In this document: positions 59,152-64,000 of the stretch, one piece after another | Position numbering within the stretch: the stretch's first letter is position 1 | How the letters are laid out: each line of letters opens with the position of its first letter | From: Trueperaceae bacterium | Lineage (GTDB): Bacteria > Deinococcota > Deinococci > Deinococcales > Trueperaceae | Assembly: GCA_965215565.1 (NCBI GenBank) | Contig: CBDCDZ010000004.1 | Span: 1,056,001 to 1,120,000, forward strand | Length of the DNA: 64,000 bases | Direction: 5' to 3' | Position numbers and translations under genes: made by a program | The notes under the pieces: model-generated | What the model was told of the DNA's origin: nothing | The model's database searches: none | The model's input: the letters and a program-made list of their open reading frames with translations, nothing else

Positions 59152-62100
59152 ATGAGATTTATCTACGCCGCATTACTTCTACTCATTGCCGCATGTGGAG
59201 CGTCACCTAACGAGGTGAACCAGCCCGATGGCACCCTCGTAGGTGACGCCGACGTCACCTTTTCAGAAGACGCCACCGCTTACTCGCTCCAGGTGCTGCA
59301 CGCCGGCGACCAGGAAGCGAGCCCGGACGTCATCACCAATGCGCCGAACTTCTCAGCCATCGTCAACGGGTTGAGAGAAGAGTCAGGTAACACTGTGACG
59401 CTCGGCTCGGGCGACCTCGTCATCCCCGGCGCGTTCTACTTCGCGACGGACGGGCGGGCGGACGTACGCATCGCGAACGCCATCGGCTTTCAGGCGATGG
59501 CTTTGGGCAACCACGAGTTCGACCTCGGCACGAACGCGCTCGCGGGGCTTATCGCGCAAGAGGTCGAGGACGACGGCGCGCTCATCTACGCCGGGACGCA
59601 GTTCCCCTACCTAAGCGCGAACTTGGACTTCAGCGCGAACGAAGACCTGAGCGGCCTCGTCGTTTCGGGCGCGCAAGCCCCGGAGCCTAACAGCGTCACG
59701 GACAGCGTGGTGATCGAGGTGGGCGGCGAGCGTATCGGTGTCGTCGGCGCAACGACGCCGCAGCTACCCAACATCTCGTCACCCGGCACGGTGCAGGTGT
59801 TGCCTATGCAGCAAAGCGACATCGAAGGTTTGACTGAGCTTATTCAAGAGGAGATCGACGCACTTACGGGCGAGGGCGTCAACAAGGTCATCCTGCTCTC
59901 CCACTTGCAACAGATTCAAAACGAGATCGACTTGGCGGGTCTCTTGCAAGGGGTGGACGTCATCATCGCAGGCGGCTCGGACACTCTCTTAGCGAACGAT
60001 GACGACCGCATCCGCGAGGAATATGGCAAGGAGCCGGGCGGCTCCTACCCGCTGCTCTACACCTCGGCGGCGGGCGAGCCCGTCGCGCTGGTCAATACAG
60101 ACCGCGAATACCGTTACGTGGGGCGTCTCCTGACCGACTTCGACGCGGACGGCGTCTTGACGGGTATCGGCGAGGCGAGCGGCCCTTACGCCGCCGACGC
60201 CGAAGGCGTGGCAGCCTTCGGCGCGGAGCCTGCGCCCGAAGTCGTGGAGGCGGTGAACGAGGTCGAGGAGACCCTAGTCGACCTCGACGGCACGCTCTAC
60301 GGCGCGACCGAGGTGTTCTTAAACGGTATCCGCGAGGCGGTGCGCACTCAGGAGACGAACCTCGGCAACCTCACGGCGGACGCGAACTTAGCTGCCGCGC
60401 TCTCTCAGAGCGACAGTGTCACCCTGTCGCTTAAAAACGGTGGTGGCATCCGCGCTTCTATTGGCGACATCTTGCCCGGCGACACCGGCGAGCGGGTCCC
60501 GCCGCAGGAGAACCCCTTAATCGAGGATGACCAAGACGGCGACGTGTCGCAACTCGACATCCAGAACTCGCTGCGCTTCAACAACACGCTCGTGACCCTT
60601 ACGGTGACGGCGGAGGAGCTGAAGCGGCTGCTCGAGCACGGCGTCGCCGCCACCGAGCCCGGCGCGACACCGGGGCAGTTCCCGCAGGTGGGCGGCTTCG
60701 CCTTCTCCTTCGATCCGAGCCGACAAGCGCTGCAGTACGATGAGGCGGGCGAACTAGTCCAGGAGGGCGAGCGCGTGCGGAGCCTCGTCGTGTTTGACGC
60801 GGAGGGCAGCGTCGCGGACACGGTGGTAGAGAACGGCGAATTGCAGGGTTCACCCATGCGCACCTTCGAACTCGTCACCTTGAACTTCTTAGCCGAGCTG
60901 CGCGAGAACGGCTTAGGCGGCGACGGCTACCCCTTCCCGGCGGGCGAACGCACCGAACTTACAGGCGAAGCGGGCGAGCCCTTGGGCGAGCAAGCGGCGC
61001 TCCAAACCTACTTAGAGGCGAACTTCCCGCGCACGGACCCCTACAGCCAAGCGGACACGCCTGCCGAAGAGGACGCGCGCATCCAGAACTTGAGTGTCCG
61101 CGAGGACACAATCGGCGAGGGCAATACGGGCGGCGGGGGCGATACGGGCAGTGGGGGCGAGCCCGAGACCGTGCCCATCTACGCCGTCCAGGGTGAAAGC
61201 CACGTCTCGCCCTTCGAGGGTGAAGACGTCGTCACGACGGGCATCGTCACGGCGGTGGGCGCGAACGGCTTCTACCTCCAAGACGCCGAAGGGGACGGAA
61301 ACGAGGCAACGTCAGACGCGCTCTTTGTCTTCACCGGAAGCGAAGCGCGGAGCGAGCAGACCGTGAGCGTCGGCGACGAAGTAGAGGTCAGGGGCTCCGT
61401 GAGCGAGTTCGCCCCCGGCGGCGCGGACACGGGCAACCTCTCGACGACGCAAATTTTTAGACCGGGCGTCGAGGTGCTGTCTCGTGACAACCCCCTGCCG
61501 AGCCCAGTCCTGCTCGTTCAAGGCGAACGGACGCCGCCCACCGAGGTCATCGACGACGACCGCTCGGAGCAGTACAGTCTCAACGCAGGCGAGGGCGACT
61601 ACCAGCCCGCCGAAGACGGGGTGGATTTCTACGAGAGCTTAGAGGCGATGCGCGTTACGGTCGAGGGCGCTCAGGTGGTAGGTCCCACCAACCGCTTCGG
61701 CGAAATCTTCACCGTGTTAGAGGCGAGTGGCGCGACCGGCTTGAGCGAGCGCGGCACCCTCAACATCAGCCCAGGCGACTTCAACCCCGAGCGCATCCAG
61801 ATCGACGAGGATGAGGACCTCTTCGACGTCGACCTTCCGCAGGTGGATGTTGGCGCACTCCTCACGGACGTGACGGGCGTCGTCGGTTACGGCTTCGGCA
61901 ACTTTGAGGTCTATCCAACGGCGGCGTTCGGGGTCTTCGAGGTGGAGGATGCGTCCCCGCTCGAGCCCGAGATAAGCACCTTGGAGGGCAGTGAAGACGA
62001 ACTCAGCGTCGCGAGCTACAACGTGCTCAACTTGGACCCGAACGACGACGACGGCGACGCGGACATCGCTGAAGGTCAGTTTGCGGACATCGCTACCGAC

Positions 62101-62982
62101 ATCGTCACGAACTTAAACGCCCCCGACATCGTCGCGCTGCAAGAGGTTCAGGACAACGACGGCTCGGTCACACCCGGCGAGTCAACCATCACGGCGGCGG
62201 ACGTGACGCTGCAAACGCTGGTGGACGCTATCGTAAACGCGGGGGGTCCCGAGTACGCCTCCATTGACAACCCCTTCATCGGCAACAACACGAGCGGCGG
62301 GCAACCCGGCGGCAACATCCGCACCGCCTTTTTATACAACCCCGAGCGCGTCAGCTTGGCAGGCGAGCCGCAGCTAGGCGACTACGACGCGGGCGCGGTG
62401 CAGACCGTCACAGACCCGCAGGACCAACAGACGAATGAGGACAATCCCTTCTTCGGCAGCCGCCTGCCCCTCGCCGCTACCTTCACCTTCAACGCTCAAG
62501 AGGTCACGGTCATCAGCAACCACTTCTCCTCCAAGGGAGGCAGCAAGCCGCTCTTAGGCTCAACCCAGCGGACCGTCGTCGCGGACGCGGAGCCGGGCGA
62601 GGGTCAAGAGGACCCCGAAATCAACGGCAGCTTAGACGAACGTCGCGACCAAGCGCGCGCGCTCAAAGCTTACGTGGACGCCCTCTTAGCAGAGGACGCG
62701 GACGCGAATATCGTCGTCGCCGGTGACTTCAACGAGTTCGAGTTCATCTCGCCCTTGCAGACGCTCGAGACGAGCCTCGTCAACCTGACCGAGACGCTGG
62801 AGCCCGACGAGCGCTACTCCTACATCTTCCAGGGCAACTCGCAGTCACTGGACCACATCTTGGTGAGCGCGTCGCTGGCGGAAGGCGCGCAGTTCGACGC
62901 GGTGCACGTCAACAGCGAGTTCGCCGAGCAAGCCTCTGACCACGACCCGCTCCTGGCGCTCCTCTCACTTTCTGAGCGCTAA
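59152..62982 (+). CDS. Lipoprotein: 5'-nucleotidase fused to an OB fold and an endonuclease/exonuclease/phosphatase domain
   Basis: Lipobox IAAC; LGNHEFD, VRTQETNLGNL.AD, NGGGIRAS; IYAVQG..H.SP..G..V...GIVTA; SYNVLNL, LQEVQD, NHF.SK, GDFN, LDHI, SDHDP. Confidence 0.92.
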   Translation: MRFIYAALLLLIAACGASPNEVNQPDGTLVGDADVTFSEDATAYSLQVLHAGDQEASPDVITNAPNFSAIVNGLREESGNTVTLGSGDLVIPGAFYFATDGRADVRIANAIGFQAMALGNHEFDLGTNALAGLIAQEVEDDGALIYAGTQFPYLSANLDFSANEDLSGLVVSGAQAPEPNSVTDSVVIEVGGERIGVVGATTPQLPNISSPGTVQVLPMQQSDIEGLTELIQEEIDALTGEGVNKVILLSHLQQIQNEIDLAGLLQGVDVIIAGGSDTLLANDDDRIREEYGKEPGGSYPLLYTSAAGEPVALVNTDREYRYVGRLLTDFDADGVLTGIGEASGPYAADAEGVAAFGAEPAPEVVEAVNEVEETLVDLDGTLYGATEVFLNGIREAVRTQETNLGNLTADANLAAALSQSDSVTLSLKNGGGIRASIGDILPGDTGERVPPQENPLIEDDQDGDVSQLDIQNSLRFNNTLVTLTVTAEELKRLLEHGVAATEPGATPGQFPQVGGFAFSFDPSRQALQYDEAGELVQEGERVRSLVVFDAEGSVADTVVENGELQGSPMRTFELVTLNFLAELRENGLGGDGYPFPAGERTELTGEAGEPLGEQAALQTYLEANFPRTDPYSQADTPAEEDARIQNLSVREDTIGEGNTGGGGDTGSGGEPETVPIYAVQGESHVSPFEGEDVVTTGIVTAVGANGFYLQDAEGDGNEATSDALFVFTGSEARSEQTVSVGDEVEVRGSVSEFAPGGADTGNLSTTQIFRPGVEVLSRDNPLPSPVLLVQGERTPPTEVIDDDRSEQYSLNAGEGDYQPAEDGVDFYESLEAMRVTVEGAQVVGPTNRFGEIFTVLEASGATGLSERGTLNISPGDFNPERIQIDEDEDLFDVDLPQVDVGALLTDVTGVVGYGFGNFEVYPTAAFGVFEVEDASPLEPEISTLEGSEDELSVASYNVLNLDPNDDDGDADIAEGQFADIATDIVTNLNAPDIVALQEVQDNDGSVTPGESTITAADVTLQTLVDAIVNAGGPEYASIDNPFIGNNTSGGQPGGNIRTAFLYNPERVSLAGEPQLGDYDAGAVQTVTDPQDQQTNEDNPFFGSRLPLAATFTFNAQEVTVISNHFSSKGGSKPLLGSTQRTVVADAEPGEGQEDPEINGSLDERRDQARALKAYVDALLAEDADANIVVAGDFNEFEFISPLQTLETSLVNLTETLEPDERYSYIFQGNSQSLDHILVSASLAEGAQFDAVHVNSEFAEQASDHDPLLALLSLSER

Positions 62983-63145
62983 GCGCCGCTTTTCAGTGCC
63001 GCCTCTCGAGTATAGAAAGACGCTCGCGGGGCGGCAACACGCCACCATCACAGGAATTCAAGGACTCGTACGGGGTTGCTTACGTAACTTAGATTTGCAA
63101 GTTAAGTCACTATCATAGTTGCTTGCAAACGCTGAAAGATACTCT

Positions 63146-63256
63146 TAGCAGGTATCATCTGGTCTGAGACACTCCCACTATGGAAAACATCGTTTAGCAC
63201 GCACATTCCGAGATGACATCTGCACTCAACTGTCTCAATATGTTTTGGAACTGCTA
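63146..63256 (+). repeat. 111-nt dispersed element, core only
   Basis: Exactly 111 nt, TAGCAGGTATCATCTGGTCTGAGAC...GTCTCAATATGTTTTGGAACTGCTA. Confidence 0.9.
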
Positions 63257-63350
63257 TCTGTAGGGGCGTTTACGTCAATCTATTTTGAGGCTCGAGCCTC
63301 CCCTCCTCCCGAATCACACTTTACGCTTCCACAAGTGCTACGCTTTTTTC

Positions 63351-64000
63351 ATGGCACGCCGCCCAACGCTACGCTTCGACAGAGGCACGCTCATCTTGCA
63401 TCCGCCCCCCAAAGGGCGGCGCTGGGTGGAGTTCGCCACGTGGGACGACCGCATCGAGAAGTTCCGGCTGCCCGCGCTAAGCTACCGCAGCTTTTTGGAG
63501 GCGATGCGCAGCGAGGGCACAGACGTCGAGGACAAGGCGCAGGTGTGGGGGACGCTCACGCTTTCCCCTACCGTTTCGATGACGCCTTACGCGCACCAGT
63601 CCGAGGCGTTAGAAGCGTGGAAGAGTGCGGGCAGACGCGGCACCGTCGTCTTGCCGACGGGCGCAGGCAAGACGTACCTTGCCCAGCTCGCGATGGAGGC
63701 CACGCCGCGCAGCACGCTCATCGTCGTGCCGACGCTCGATTTGATGCACCAGTGGTACGCGCAGCTCGTGGCAACGTTCCCCGATGTCGAGGTGGGGCTC
63801 TTGGGTGGCGGCTCCAAAGACCGCTCGCCGGTCCTCGTCGCGACGTACGACAGCGCCGCTATTTTCGCTGAAACTTTGGGCAACCGCTACGGGCTCGTCG
63901 TGTTCGACGAGTGCCACCACCTGCCCTCGGACTTCAAGCGCACCATCGCCGAGTACTCCATCGCCCCCTACCGCTTAGGGTTGAGCGCTACACCCGAACG
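63351..64000 (+). CDS. XPB/Rad25-like SF2 helicase, partial (runs off the window; absent from the ORF track)
   Basis: MARRPTLRFDRGTL..PYAHQSEAL..VLPTGAGKT..VVPTLDL..QW..FDECHH..LGLSATPE. Confidence 0.9.
   Translation, partial: MARRPTLRFDRGTLILHPPPKGRRWVEFATWDDRIEKFRLPALSYRSFLEAMRSEGTDVEDKAQVWGTLTLSPTVSMTPYAHQSEALEAWKSAGRRGTVVLPTGAGKTYLAQLAMEATPRSTLIVVPTLDLMHQWYAQLVATFPDVEVGLLGGGSKDRSPVLVATYDSAAIFAETLGNRYGLVVFDECHHLPSDFKRTIAEYSIAPYRLGLSATPE

Overview
GC-rich bacterial chromosomal segment, most likely Deinococcota (Truepera-like). This placement is inferred from the tmRNA tag, the TopA-like C-terminus and widespread leaderless gene starts. It carries housekeeping genes (topA 3' end, upp, wecB, plsY, recO, rpsT, gpmI, purB), three tRNAs, tmRNA, a surface-glycan cluster, a divergent MFS/glycosidase/dehalogenase/FMO/SDR/TetR catabolic cluster, a peptide ABC transporter and several large unusual lipoproteins. 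No transposase, integrase, cas gene or CRISPR array was seen. The most striking unexplained feature is a dispersed intergenic element with a fixed 111-nt core (TAGCAG...CTGCTA). There are 11 near-complete copies plus 3 relics in 64 kb, with covarying internal inverted repeats. Six copies carry 18-67 nt hairpin modules inserted at four fixed positions, in one case nested three levels deep. Other signals are strong intergenic enrichment of the palindrome CTCGAG, tRNA leaders sharing the element's core stem, and three frameshifted genes (pseudogenes or assembly errors). All alignments and counts were made by eye.
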